A stretch of 63,310 nucleotides of DNA, counting the filler, from Saprolegnia diclina VS20 (taxonomy: Eukaryota): NCBI RefSeq assembly GCF_000281045.1. It is 5 parts of 4 records of this genome, joined end to end, with 100 filler letters (N's around TTAATTAATTAA, not from the genome) between each part and the next. Parts side by side here need not be neighbours in the genome. Positions count along the whole stretch, not along the records: positions 1 to 29,315 come from NW_008246072.1; positions 29,416 to 55,011 come from NW_008246073.1; 3 more parts are not named here. One strand, given 5' to 3'. Within the stretch, counting starts at the first letter, position 1. Every line of letters begins with the position of its first letter. Shown here piece by piece: positions 23,475-35,499 of this stretch. Both the position numbers and the translations under genes were made by a program. Below the pieces are notes generated by a model that saw only the letters and a program-made list of their open reading frames with translations, did not search any database and was not told the DNA's origin.

Positions 23475-26400
23475 TCAGAGTTTTTGAAGCTTGAGTTTCT
23501 TGTCTTGGGCTGCGACCTTCTTGAGAAGGGCGGCGATCATGGCTTTGGCTTCTTGGTCTTGTACATGTCCAGCAAGCTACGACAAATCCAAGTAGGGTCT
23601 GCGATACCGAGGATCGATGTGCGTACGAGCGTCGCTTCGATCGAGTTGGCTTTGAGTCCGACTTGCATGAGTAGGAGCACAATGATTGCCCACAAGAGCG
23701 TCACGCCCGTCGTGGCGAGGTCGGCAAAGAAGCCGACACCGTCTGTCGTGAGAACCAACTATTCACTTTTCATCGACCTTCCACTACAGGACAATATCGT
23801 ACATTGAGGACGGGGCTGTAGCCGGTCGTGCTGTTGACAAACGGTCCACAGGCCGTCGCACACACGCAGCCCGGATACCCTGCACTGCACTCGTTGGTGG
23901 GACTCGTTTGAAAGAAGAAACTCTACGTCATCATCAGCGGGGAGCGCGACAACGTAGCTCTTACCATCGGGCTGGTCGTGTTCAAGACGCACGTTTGGCT
24001 CGGTGATGCATACGAGCTGCAGAGAAACGGAGCATCGCGCACTTGGAGATCGCAGTGTTTGGGCAAGTGGACATTGGTGAGGAACCAGTACATGCCGGTG
24101 ACATAGACGGCGACCGTGCACCAGTAGAGCTTGATGAAGAAGACGCCCGCGTTCTTGGCACTCCACGGCGCATTCGGTTTCTTCATAAACGCCTAGTACA
24201 ATTGATGAAAAGCCACCCACATATCCAGAAATGACGACAACCTGAAGGTACAGCTTGTCAAATTTGAAGCTGAGCGTGAGCAAGACCACGGTAACGAGAC
24301 CCGCCGACGGACAGAGCGGGATTGCAAATGCGTACAACGTACACGACGACATGAGCGCGACCATGGTCGGCGCGATCAGAAATTCACTGCGCGTGTCGGT
24401 GGGTGGCAACTCGAGGCCCTTTCGCTTGGCGCGCAGCCGCTTGACGAGCCGCAAGAGGCCAAAGATGCCCGAGAGCGTCAACGCTGTAACCTTGGGCGTC
24501 ACAAAGTTGGTCACAACGAGCACGACGAGGCCGGACGCGACCTGCTCGGCCCGGCACGCGTACGCATCTGGCTTGAACTTTTGCATGACGTTGCTGCGGA
24601 TCTCGTAGGCAAACGGAAGCCACGAGATGGGCTGTTCCGAGCTTGAGCTCAAGAACGGGTCGAGTAGCATCGCGTACGACCAGAGCTGCAGTAGAATGTT
24701 GAGCAGTTGGGCCAAGAAGAGGCGCGTGACCATGGCTTTGATGCGAAACCCGTTGTCGTCCCAGCGCTCAAAGTTGGTGAGGACACCAAGGACCTTGGGG
24801 AGCACGCCGTTGATGACGCTGACCCCAATCGGCACGATACTAGTGCAAGAGGCAGGACACAGTGTCGATCGACCTGGAGACCGACAACATACCTCGCTGC
24901 GTACGCTTGAAGCGCGGGCACTTGGGCCTTGATGATCTGCGCAAACGACGACGCCTCGACCGTGAGGAGACCGATGAGTCCCCAAGAGATGCCTTGCACC
25001 GCAACGTAGATGAAAAAGGCGACGGCCCGTCGCGCGTACAGCGCGTAGCGCTCTCGTCTACGGAGAGTTCCTGTCGCATGCAAAGAGGTCGAGTGTCGTG
25101 GTACTTGGTGCGATTTTGGATTTCCGCTTGCTTGATATCGTCGTACAAGGCGACATGCAAGCTGTCCCAGAGGCTCTTGCGCAGGTCCGAGACGTCCTAC
25201 GTCATATCGGACCTTGTCATCCCGCACAGTTGTGTTGTGTACGTCTTTGGTCGTCGCTTCAAAGTCCCATGCATTCAAGAGCAGCTTCCCAAACGTCGAG
25301 GGCCGTCCGGCCTCGGCTGCGTGGCGCAGCTTGGCGTAGCGGTCTTCTTGGAGCCACTTGTACGTGGATATGAGGAGGAAGAGGCTGCTGGTGCCGCCAA
25401 GGTAGATCTACGGCGTCGTCAGCTGCTACGCTCACCGGCAGTAGCGGCTCACGCTGTAAGCGAAGGCTTCGTTGGTTGTGTAGCTTGGAAACAAGAGGCA
25501 GTTGGGCATCAACCCTGTAAACGTACTCCACGACGTATAGTGCTATCCAAAATATTGCCCGAATATATATACAGAATATATAGTTGTACCGTCTCGAGAA
25601 GCTCGGAAATGTGCAATATGAGAAAGTACAGCGACGGCAACGACAAAATCAAGTAGTTGAGGAGGACCCAGCGGCAAAACATAAAGTACGCTGCCACCGA
25701 GTGGCCGTAGCGCGCTTCGATCTGCTTGATGTCGTGGCTGAGTGGCACAAGCCGCCGGGCGATTGCAAGTAGACGCTGGTGCCACGATCGCCCCGTGGCG
25801 TTGACGAGATCGTCGTCGTCGTCGTCGTCCGCGGCCACGTCGGCGGCGCCATGCAGCAGCTGCCGCACCGCTTCTTTCGAACGCTCTCGATCCAGTTGAT
25901 GCTGGCCTTGCATTGCGCTGCCACCAAGTGCATAATTTGGCTTGTTGGTGCGGCGGGCTTTCGCGAGGCTCATCGCTTCGTCTTCCCAGGCCGCCTCGGC
26001 CGTGGCAAATGCCTCGGTCTGCTCCTTCAAGCGCTCTTCCAGCTTGTGTATATGGGCCACAAATGCTTTCTACGCCATAGTCATGAGCTGTTGTTGCGAG
26101 AGGAAGCCACCTTGTGCTCTTGCCACTTCTCCATGCGACTCTTCATGGCCTCAATGTGGGCGGCGTAAAGCTGCACCTTCTTCTCGAGCCGCTGGCGTAC
26201 ATAGTCGGGGTTGTCGTTGACAAAGCCGTCGACAGCATCTTCGTCGTCGTCGTCGTCGTTCCTGGCCTTGGTGGCCGACGGTCGCTGCTTGGTCGTTGTC
26301 GGGTCGGCGAGCACGGACGCGAGCTCCGCGTCCAGCGACGCCCAGTCGGATGGCGGTGCCATGTTGAAGCCTTGCACTGGCGTGCTACACGCGGCAGTGA

Positions 26401-26640
26401 GCGATCGAGAGATTGGTCGCAGGCGGCGTACGACGCGACAAAGCCGTCTGCGTCCTCGTCGACGTCCATGTCGTCATAGAGGCCGCGCTTGGGCGCCACG
26501 GGCACGACCTTGGCCGAGCTGCCTGGCGACTACGGCGAGCCATGACACGAGTGGCGCTACGCAGAGGGCGTACCTTTGGGGCGGCGCGGAGCTGGTTCAA
26601 GTCCCGGTCCTGGCCGCGGTCTCCGGCCAACATCAAGCAT
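23475..26640 (-). CDS. Transmembrane channel-like (TMC) family protein
   Basis: IKQIEARYGHSVAAYFMFCRW, FERWD, EFLIAPTMV..PLCP and multiple TM helices; multi-exon. Confidence 0.82.
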
Positions 26641-26939
26641 GGACTTCGGTTTCACGGTTGATTCCGGATACACATTATCCGGTAGTGTTTACGCAATGCG
26701 CGTCCAGATGCGCGCGTCTGGCATTCGTCGAGTGTCGAGACGCCACCATGCAAGGACGCGTCACTTGGTTAAGCCTCGACGCGCTCTTGGAGAGACCGCG
26801 CCGCTGCAACCTCATGACGTTTCATCTCTTTTCCATGCTTGGGCGTGAGCGGATCTGCATTAGAGGCTACATCGTCGTTGCCTTACAGCTGGCACGCGTG
26901 AACCTGAGGTGCGCGCATCTCATGTCGCATGCCATTTCC

Positions 26940-27607
26940 ATGTTGTGGCGGAACCCACGGCTTTCGGGGGTCGCGTCGCGCCTGGCGCGGGCGGCCTCGA
27001 CGACGTCCGCTGCGGACGCGAACCGAGCGGTGCTGCAGCGCCTCGCCCAGGCCACGGACCACGAGCTGTCGCTCATGGCGCAGGCGATCGACGCTGGCAC
27101 GGTTGCGCGGATACAGGCGCTGCTGCCCGCAAGCACGGTCGCGGTGCCGCCGCCGTCCAAGGCCCAGCTGCGCCAGGTCATGGTGCGCAGCATGGTGCCG
27201 TTCATTGGTTTTGGCTTTGTCGACAACTTCATCTTGATCATCGCCGGCGACTACATTGACACGACGCTCGGCGTCTCGCTCGGGATCTCGACCATGGCTG
27301 CCGCCGGCATTGGCAACACAATCAGGTACCACCGGTATTGCAACGATACTGAATGGCTCATGGAGTTGCTAGTGATGTCGCTGGCATTGGCCTCGGCGGC
27401 GTCATTGAAGATTGCGCCGCTCGCATGGGCCTCGCCGACCCCAAGCTGCTGAAGGAGCAGCTCGACATGCGCGTGACGCGCGTCGCGCACTACACGGGCT
27501 GCACGATCGGCGTCGTCATTGGTTGCATGCTTGGCATGGCGCCGCTGCTCTTTCTCGAGACGAAGGAGGACCTCCAGGCCAAGGCGACGCTCGACGTAGC
27601 AAATTGA
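26940..27607 (+). CDS. TMEM65: TMEM65-like mitochondrial membrane protein
   Basis: PFIGFGFVDNFILIIAGDYID..LGISTMAAAGIGNTI|SDVAGIG..GCTIGVVIGCMLGMAPL; Arg-rich presequence-like N-terminus. Confidence 0.9.
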
Positions 27608-28019
27608 GTGCACTGTCGATCGTGTCCTCAATTCTAGTGCTTGGAGCCGTGCGTTGCGTGAATTGCAAATTGCTAACAGGGCAACATACAATTAACCTTG
27701 TGTGTTTCGTCAACTGACTGCAGCTCCTCACATCGTAGTCGTTGACACTTGACTATCAATGATGCAGGACCGTGGGCGTGTGGAGGACAAGGCATTAGCC
27801 AACACGGCTCCTCATATCCGCGCAGCACACGCAAGCTTGGTTGTTGCTTGGGTGTTGGCCTGATGCACTCGATCGCATGTACACATAAATATAGGCGCTG
27901 CTGCAAGCTCCCTTTGACACGACGGACGACGCTACCAGATGCGCGGACAAAGCGATGAGAAACCAGTAGTACTAGTACTCGGTAGTCGAATCACAAGATA
28001 GAACACACTGCATTACACT

Positions 28020-28376
28020 TTATTCTGGAAAATATTCAACAACCACAAGTTGACGCTGAGAGAGCGTTGGCGCCTGGCCTTGCGGTGGAGACGGTAGTAG
28101 GTCCAATCGCAGACGAACGTACACAAGTGCGTGCCCGCCAAGAGCACGGACATGTGTACGCACTGCCGCGACTGGACCTTCTACCATCTGCAGCGCAAGC
28201 CAAGCGCAGACGCGCGCCAAATGTCGATCTTCGCTCGGTTCTTCATCTTGTATTCTTGACTTGGGCACGAACTTCTCCTTGTTGGCTCCGTCGTACGGCT
28301 TGCTCTTGGCCTTTTTGGCCACGCAGCGCTTCTTCTTTGCGACGCGTGTTCGCGACTTCTTGACGTCCTCTGTCAT
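28020..28376 (-). CDS. Small Lys-rich hypothetical protein
   Basis: ORF MTEDVKKSRTRVAKKKR...; coding-like composition only. Confidence 0.3.
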   Translation of the reverse strand: MTEDVKKSRTRVAKKKRCVAKKAKSKPYDGANKEKFVPKSRIQDEEPSEDRHLARVCAWLALQMVEGPVAAVRTHVRALGGHALVYVRLRLDLLPSPPQGQAPTLSQRQLVVVEYFPE

Positions 28377-28825
28377 TGCCGTGGCTCGTTGGATTCGGTT
28401 TCGGTATCCGGACGAATATGAGCTGGCGGGCTGGCAAGAGTGCATTATCCGGTTTCTTCCTTCGGTGGCATTGTGTCCAAAGCTTTCCATCATATTTGCT
28501 TGCTATGCAGGAAGCTACGTCAAGAGTCTTCCAAATCTTCATGGAACTCACCACGCAAGCGCATCAACTCGACAGCAATGGTCTTTGCTGCAGGTGGTTT
28601 TGCGCCTGTGAGTTGGTTCACGTTCGCGTCGCTCAGAGCGCAACAGGCAATTACGCATCTTTATTGGTGCTCGAAGAAACAAAATACTCTTGCCACTCTT
28701 CACATCACTCAAGATTACGAGTCGGCTACGCTGCGCCTTGAAAATGGGGCGTGTACACACCTCGTTGGTGGGCTACCAGGTGGCTTGGGAACGACGAGGC
28801 GGCCTGTCAAACATACTTCAACCTC

Positions 28826-29315
28826 TCATTGTGTCGCCACCTTGACTATATGCTTGGCTAGGCCGCGCCAGTCGTGGTTCAAATAAGCCTTGGCGAGCGC
28901 ATCAATGTCGTGGTCTTCGTCGAGGAGGTTGGGCATCGCAACGACCTTGGCCGCCCACTCCTTGGCCTCCTTCTTCTGCTTGAGCTTGACGTACGTCTGC
29001 ACAATGTACCACGTGTTCATCTTGAGGTGGCCCGGGCGCATCTCTTCCGACTTGAGAAAGTTGGCGAGCGCGTCTTTGAACGACGAGTGCGGCGCGAGGT
29101 GGCCGGCGAGGCCACGCGCCGCCGCACGCTCGACCCACGACAGCTGACGCGGAAGCACCCTATTTCACGCATGAGCGATGTGTTGAGCAAATGCAAAGCG
29201 TAAAGCGGCCGAGCAAGTGCGACGCCATCGGGTCGGTCGTGCTGAGCTCGCTCGCCTTCATAAAGTGATCGCGGATCGTCATGGCGCTGTTGAGCTTGGT
29301 GATGACGCTCTCGTA
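28826..29315 (-). pseudogene. Regulator of microtubule dynamics (RMDN/FAM82)-like 3' part, apparently disrupted and truncated by the gap
   Basis: IRDHFMKA..DP..HLLGR|WCF..QLSWVER..ALANFLKSEE..EAKEW; intron 29160-29203 begins TTACGC and a frameshift lies near 29145. Confidence 0.65.
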
Positions 29316-29415
29316 NNNNNNNNNNNNNNNNNNNNNNNNNNNNNNNNNNNNNNNNNNNNTTAATTAATTAANNNNNNNNNNNNNNNNNNNNNNNNNNNNN
29401 NNNNNNNNNNNNNNN
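29316..29415. other. Assembly gap with six-frame-stop linker
   Basis: 44 N + TTAATTAATTAA + 44 N. Confidence 0.97.
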
Positions 29416-29645
29416 AGCTTAGTACGCTGCCTTGCCTGTGACGACGCGTTTCGAAATGCAACTTGTCGATGCTTCGGTACGTGTCGGTGTGCGATGCTGT
29501 GTTCTGCGCTCACTTCGTTCACTCAATCCGTGCCTGTAACGAGCGAGATCTGTGACCCGACGAGCTGTGCTCTATCGGGGTAGCGCAAAACCGTCAGATA
29601 ATGAGAATGAAGTTCATGCAAGACGATTAAAAGATTACAGGCTAG

Positions 29646-30062
29646 CTAATATACATCAGGTGGTTGTGGCGGGAAGGCACCGTGTATTGTATGGTCTGAT
29701 TGCTGAAGATAAAACTTCAGCGAAAAGTTGGCTTGCTGAATTCGCTTGACCTCGTCTTGGAGCTGCTGAATTTGCACGACCTGCCCGTCGTGCTTCTCGC
29801 GGTACTCCTCGAGCGCATGTACAGTTTGTCGAAGTGCTTGGTTTTGCTGCTCCATCGTTGCAAGCATCGAGCGAAGCTGTGCGTTCTCCTGTAGCGCTAA
29901 CTGCGACCGCTTCGTTTGCTCGACGACCATGTTCTCGTACTGCTCGCGCACGTGCAGCGCAGCGGCTTGGTCATGCAGCTCCTGGCCCTTCCTCGAGAGT
30001 GCCATGTCGCTTGTGAGCTTGAGCGCGTGGAGGCGCTCCATAGTCGCGTCTACCATGTCCAT
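29646..30062 (-). CDS. Small coiled-coil protein ending ANFSLKFYLQQ..PPDVY
   Basis: Intronless ORF with heptad pattern; tail resembles that of plant CUE-type coiled-coil proteins (recalled, not searched). Confidence 0.7.
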   Translation of the reverse strand: MDMVDATMERLHALKLTSDMALSRKGQELHDQAAALHVREQYENMVVEQTKRSQLALQENAQLRSMLATMEQQNQALRQTVHALEEYREKHDGQVVQIQQLQDEVKRIQQANFSLKFYLQQSDHTIHGAFPPQPPDVY

Positions 30063-30652
30063 CGTCGTCTTGCTCGTTCGTCTCGCCGAGTGGGATGCCA
30101 ACTGGCCTTTTTCCAGAAATTCGCCCAATAAGAGCCCGGATTCTGATCGATCTTGTTTTTTGTATGCCGTGGCGTTGGAGCGAAGCGGCTCGAAAATAGA
30201 ATCGGGCGAGTTCGCGTTTGTACTGCACATTTGTATGCTTGGGTGCTTTTTTTAGCGCCAGAATATAATTTTTGCGACATGTTGCTGTCCGATGAAACGC
30301 CCAACGTTGACGGATCGCGCACATGCGAGGACCTCTGATCCGAAGACGTGTTATCCGACGCGATGGCGGTGCTCGGATGATTGACTGACACCGCTTGGGA
30401 GAGCTGCTTGGTAGTTAAGTGATGCAGTTGCTTCAAGGTGCCATGGCAAGTGGGACCCTGCATACTGTACTGCCGACCTCGTCGCAAGCACTTGCCGCAT
30501 ACCGTGCACAGTACCCGTCATGACGTGCTGGAGACGATACCCAGCGTCTTGGTGCAACGACGTCAGACGACTAGTACTAGTCGTTTGCCATGGATGCTGC
30601 CCGTCGCACCAAATTCTGGTCGACCTCGCGCTACCTCCGCTGCCGAGCTTGT

Positions 30653-31203
30653 TGTTGCTGTTGAAGTGGGTCTTCTGTTAAAATAGATACATAAATCAAC
30701 ACTAAGTCTGAATAAAATTATCGAACCTTCTTCGTTGTGCAGGCGCTGGTGTTGATCTTGATCTAGGCCGGCGGAGGCAGGAGCGCGATCCGCGGGACAA
30801 GGTGCTGGCGCGGCCACTCGTGTTGAGCGAGGAGCCGGAGAAGGCGACGTAGAGCCATCTGCCCGGGATTTTGAACGAGGCTGTGGTGCAAGTGCATTTG
30901 AGCGACACGCGCCGCCTTGGCGGCAATCGTCCATGGACTTGGCAGTGGGAGGTCGGCGATAAGACGCGATCGTTTCGGACGCGCTAGACGTTCAACCAGA
31001 CGCAGGCGCAGAGCACTGGCCAGAGGTAGCGGAACGCGGCTCGGTGCATGTTGGAGGCCGTCTTCGGCGTCGAGGAGAGGTAGCCCAAGAGTGTTGTCGG
31101 CAAGACTACACCCAAGGGGGCCGTGACCGCGTGGAGGGTGCTCCACACGTCCTTGATGAAGTCGCAGTCTACGAGGAAGTGGCGGTACGTCTCGTGCACG
31201 GGG
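30653..31203 (-). mobile_element. 5'-truncated non-LTR retrotransposon (L1/Tx1-like ORF2 C-terminus) with 14-bp target-site duplication
   Basis: HETYRHFLVDC..VW, WLNV*RVRNDR; TSD GCTGCCGAGCTTGT at 30639-30652 and 31204-31217; CAA-rich 3' tail. Confidence 0.88.
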
Positions 31204-31310
31204 GCTGCCGAGCTTGTCAATGCGCTTGGTCGCTACAAGTCTTGGTCGATACAATTGCACTACTGCAAAATAGGTATTCGAGTTGAATTTTTATCCCTAA
31301 AGTCGCCAGG

Positions 31311-33326
31311 CTAATCGCTGCGTGTGGCGACGGCAATCGCATCCTCACACAAGAGGCGATCATGCATTTCGCGTGCAGTGTCGACAACCTTGCCATACGA
31401 TACGGACGTCTCTTTTAAGCACTGAAGAACACCAGCGACATCATCTTGCGCCAAGATCTCATCGCGCGCCTCGTGGAGCATGGCGACGCAGAGGTAATGT
31501 ACAAAACTGAGGTCGTCGGACGAGACGCTGAGGATCGCGTCCCATAAAGCCCACACCTGATACATTTGGAACTCGCGCGCAAAGAGCAGACGGACCCATT
31601 TGAGGAGAAAGACTTCAGGTAGCACCTGCAGCTCACGCAAGTGGAGCGACAGCGCGGGGTCCAAGCGCGTGAGCAGGTCGTATTGGATTCGCTCCAACTG
31701 CATGTGTAAGCTGGAGCAGCCGTGGCTCTCGGTGGGACAAAACACGCCCGTCATGCGATCCATGAGCGCTTCGAAGATAGCATATGCGTCGTGCTCGATG
31801 CAGTCGCCACACGTGACTGCTTGGAGAAGCTCGACAATCGCCTCCTTGCACGCACTACAATCGCAGCATGAGTGCAAACATTCGCGTGTCAAAGACGCAC
31901 GTCGTGGGCTTGCTTTCGTCGGATGAGAACGGACGTCTGTCGAGAAACTGGCCCTTCTCAAGGATCGACGGTGCGCGGGTGACGTCGACGACGTCAACGT
32001 GCACATAAGAGTTGTCGTCCCACGCGCCATTTTCGTCGACGGGCGCGCCGTGAATGACCGAGATGTTCTCAAAGGACCATCGACCGTCCGGTATACTGCT
32101 GGGTGCGACTGCAAGCGGAAACTGCTCAATGTACAAGAGATACACCATGACGGCAAGGAGTTCGCCCATGCCCTAGAGACATCGAAAGCATGAGCATAAG
32201 ACAGAAGACCCATTGCGATCGTACTTGGTGGTAGCCCATGTCCGAGTGCTCCTGGGCATAAATGAAGAGAATCCGAATGAGCATGGCTTGTGTATCGGGC
32301 TCGCGAAAGTATGGCATTGCGCATCGCGTGCGCACCACATCACGCTGTATCATGTGCAGCAGCAACGTCGGCTCCTTTGGCGATGGCACTGCCTCGTAAA
32401 AGCACGGGTCTTCACTGTCGTCCTAAAAGCAGGGTAACTTACGTTGCATGAGATCAAGGTGGTGGGCGTACGTCAACGCCAGCTGGCAGCTCAAACGCAT
32501 AGCGGTCTTGGAGCTGCGCGTACCGGACGCGTGCAACCTGCGTTGTCGGTACCCATGCCTCGAACGACGCCACTTGCGGTAGCACGCTGAGCCAGAGTCG
32601 CCATGTGAGGTTGCGCAAGCACGACCACGAGAACGCGCCACGCGTCGCTTGGCGATGAATGTCGTGGTGGTTGGATCGGACGTAAATCTCCACAAACTCA
32701 TCGACGCGTGTCCACACGTCGCGGGTCTGGATCTCTTTGACAGTCGACGCCGTTACATGCGATGACAGCCGCCGTCGGCGGCTCGTCAAGGGCGTCGACG
32801 ACGGCGACCGCCCGGCCGCAGCCTCGAGCGCGCCGCAAATGGTGTCGGCCCACTCCTCCGCCTCGCGCTGGCTCTCGGCGCAGAGATACCATGTCTGTTC
32901 CAGTGTGATGACGCTGAAAATTTCTTCCATGAGGTCGATCGTTGCGCTGTGCAGACGAACGATGGCTGTCTTGCCTGCGTAAAGGTGAGAATGCATGCGC
33001 AACTTGCCAGGATCCCTCTTACCTTCGGTGGCGTCGGCAGTGTAGTGCAGAGCAAGGTTCGAGACGTCTGTACCAACAAGTGCAACAGTACATGGCTCCC
33101 ATTGCCGCTGGATGCCATCGACCTCGACGAGAAGCCGGCCTTTCTTCAAGCATGGGAAGCCGCCGCTCGCTCCAGCTGGACGCGCTTCGTCATGCTCGTC
33201 CATGGTGGCCAGGGCCGGCGCCGAGAAGGCCGTCGGGAAGTTGATCGACGGCAGTGGCAAGGACACAGCGCTGGCGCTCCGCATGATGCGACCGAGGAGC
33301 GTGCCATCTCCTGGGCTCGTGTTCAT
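31311..33326 (-). CDS. Rab-GAP TBC-domain protein (TBC1D5-like) with N-terminal PH domain
   Basis: LRNLTWRLWL, IQRDVVRT, GYHQ|GMGELLA, FLLKWVRLLFAREF, LWDAI; PH-like TWYLCAESQREAEEW. Confidence 0.9.
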
Positions 33327-33472
33327 CGCGGTGTTTCGGAAATGGCGAATGTGGAGTCGGGTTTCGACAAAATAATTCGCGTCTATCTTGGAAACTCTAT
33401 TGCATTCTCCATTTTGTAGAAAAATTACTCAACTGTGCTCCAAAAAAGAGCCCTCGCAACCGCTAAAGATCG

Positions 33473-34666
33473 ATGGTCAAACACTCGCTGCAGGAGCAAC
33501 TCTATGTGCTTCGCCAAGCCGCGACCGAAGACCAGCTCGTAGAAGCGCTTGGCCTCATGAGCGTCCTTTTAGTGTACGACAATGCTGTGCCCGTGCAGTC
33601 GATACGGTTTGGTAGGCGCCCTGACGAGCGAGGAACGTTTGGTCAGCTGGATGGTCTGACAACCCTGGGTACGCGCTCGCACATCGGTCCATGACTGATT
33701 GCCGCGTGCCTAGTCAATCACTTGCAGCAGCTTTGTGCAGAGCAAGCGGCGATGACGCCGCCATGGGCGTACTCAAAGGCGTTTGGCTTCCAGTATACTA
33801 CGATACCTCGTTGCACGACGTGGCGTGCCATATCTTGCTGTCCGTAGCATTGGTCAAAAGCGCCTTCATGCTAGCGTGCGCTATTTGCGTACGCGCTCCT
33901 TGCACTGATTCCTGCCGCCTCATACGTGTGCCTAGTTCTCACGATCACGCACATGGCTTTGGATGCGGATTTAGCATCCGAGCTCTGCGATTTGCATTTG
34001 CCCCAAGAGCTCTACGATGAGTTCGTCGCCTCCGAGTGCATAACGGAGACCAGCGTCTCTGCAGTGGTGCAAGACGACGGACGTCCATCACTCGTTGCAC
34101 TGCCGCAGTCGTGCCGGCTCTTGGCCCTCGAAGCACTTCGAAATTTGTGCTACACGGTGCGTGCGACGTCACGAACTCGTCTGTTGTAAGTCGTATAGGA
34201 AGCGCGGCAAGCACCGCATCTCACTAACGCTGCGTTGGACGACTTGTGGCAGCAGCTGCTGGACGCCACGTCACCTGCGACCGAGGTTGGTCTGATCGCG
34301 AACGTATTTTGCAACCTCGCAACGCACGTGCCGCGAGCGCTGCACGCGGCAAAAGACCGCATCACAGCGCTCCTAACGCGCCTCGTCGATGAAAAGAACG
34401 AGCACGTGCTCATTGCGCTCAGTGACTTGGCCGTCAACCTCGCCCGCGACAACCACTACTCGGTCATCTTCCTTTGTGCGCTGGACGAAGGCCCGGCTCC
34501 TGGTCGACCCATTCTGTACCTTCGCGACTGGGCGGAGGCGACGACCGACTTGGGACTGCGCTCGAGTCTCGGTGCGCTCACGCACAATTTGGCCTGGAGC
34601 GACGTGAGCACAAAAATCGCGCTTCAAAAGCTCGGCGCATCCGCTTTTCTAGAAGTGTTTGTGTAG
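33473..34666 (+). CDS. ARM/HEAT-like helical hypothetical protein
   Basis: Leu-rich helical exons (ALEALRNLCY, VFCNLA, LTHNLAW) separated by short GT..AG introns. Confidence 0.6.
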
Positions 34667-35499
34667 CCTGCCGATCTCGTTTTGAGTCTACAACGCGCAG
34701 GCTATTGAATTCACAACGGTCGCCAACTTTATCAAACTCTCTCGAGGTCGGCTGGTCAGTTTAGTCGAGTGAATAATCAAATAGTTCCCTCGGTTTAGTA
34801 GAGCCAGCTTCCCACGAATCACGGCATGAGGATTTTCGCGTGCATGAAAAATTGGTGCTTGCCCCACCTTGCTCAAGGCCGCCATCGACGTCATCGATGC
34901 AGCATACGCAGCTGACATCGTGATATCTTCTTGTCGCGCAAAGTCCATGAGCGCGCCTTTGCACCCCGTCGACGTTCTGAAACTGTCGTTTCTTGAAGTC
35001 AATCTCATCCCAAGCGTTCGACGACCACTCTGTGTGGCATGCCCATGCTGATGGAGGTGATGGCCTGAGCTTGCCGAAGTCCCTTGACGAGACGGCACAA
35101 CAAAATCAGCCTAAACCAAATAGGGTGTCCTTCACAATGGCTCTAAAAGCGTCAATCGGACGGCATGGCCTTGATTGAAACCCGTCATACTCCACAAACG
35201 GGCCCAGGCAACAGTGCTAAAAATCCAGAATGCTACACGTGGGACCACAGCCCGATAGAAAGTGTGGCGAGTGTGTGCAGTGGATGTATCAGTAAGGCAA
35301 GTGTACGTCGCTGTCTACTTGGCAGCCAAATCGATGGCGTGGATCGAGTATCGCAGCGTCGCGCTCGTTGCACTAGAACTTCGAACTTCGAAAGAACCCA
35401 AGTGTCCGTGACGTGGCAGCGATGTTTGCACGCGAAGCACGAGTTTCGAAGCTGGGCGAAAATGCGCCAACGCCAGCGGTGGTCATTCTTGGGTTCGTC

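Noticed and set aside
29360..29371. TTAATTAATTAA palindrome repeated four times in the window
   Set aside because: Always centred in a 100-nt N-run; artificial six-frame-stop linker
30570..30581. ACTAGTACTAGT-type palindromes (also near 27966 and 55002)
   Set aside because: Short and scattered; not paired as element ends
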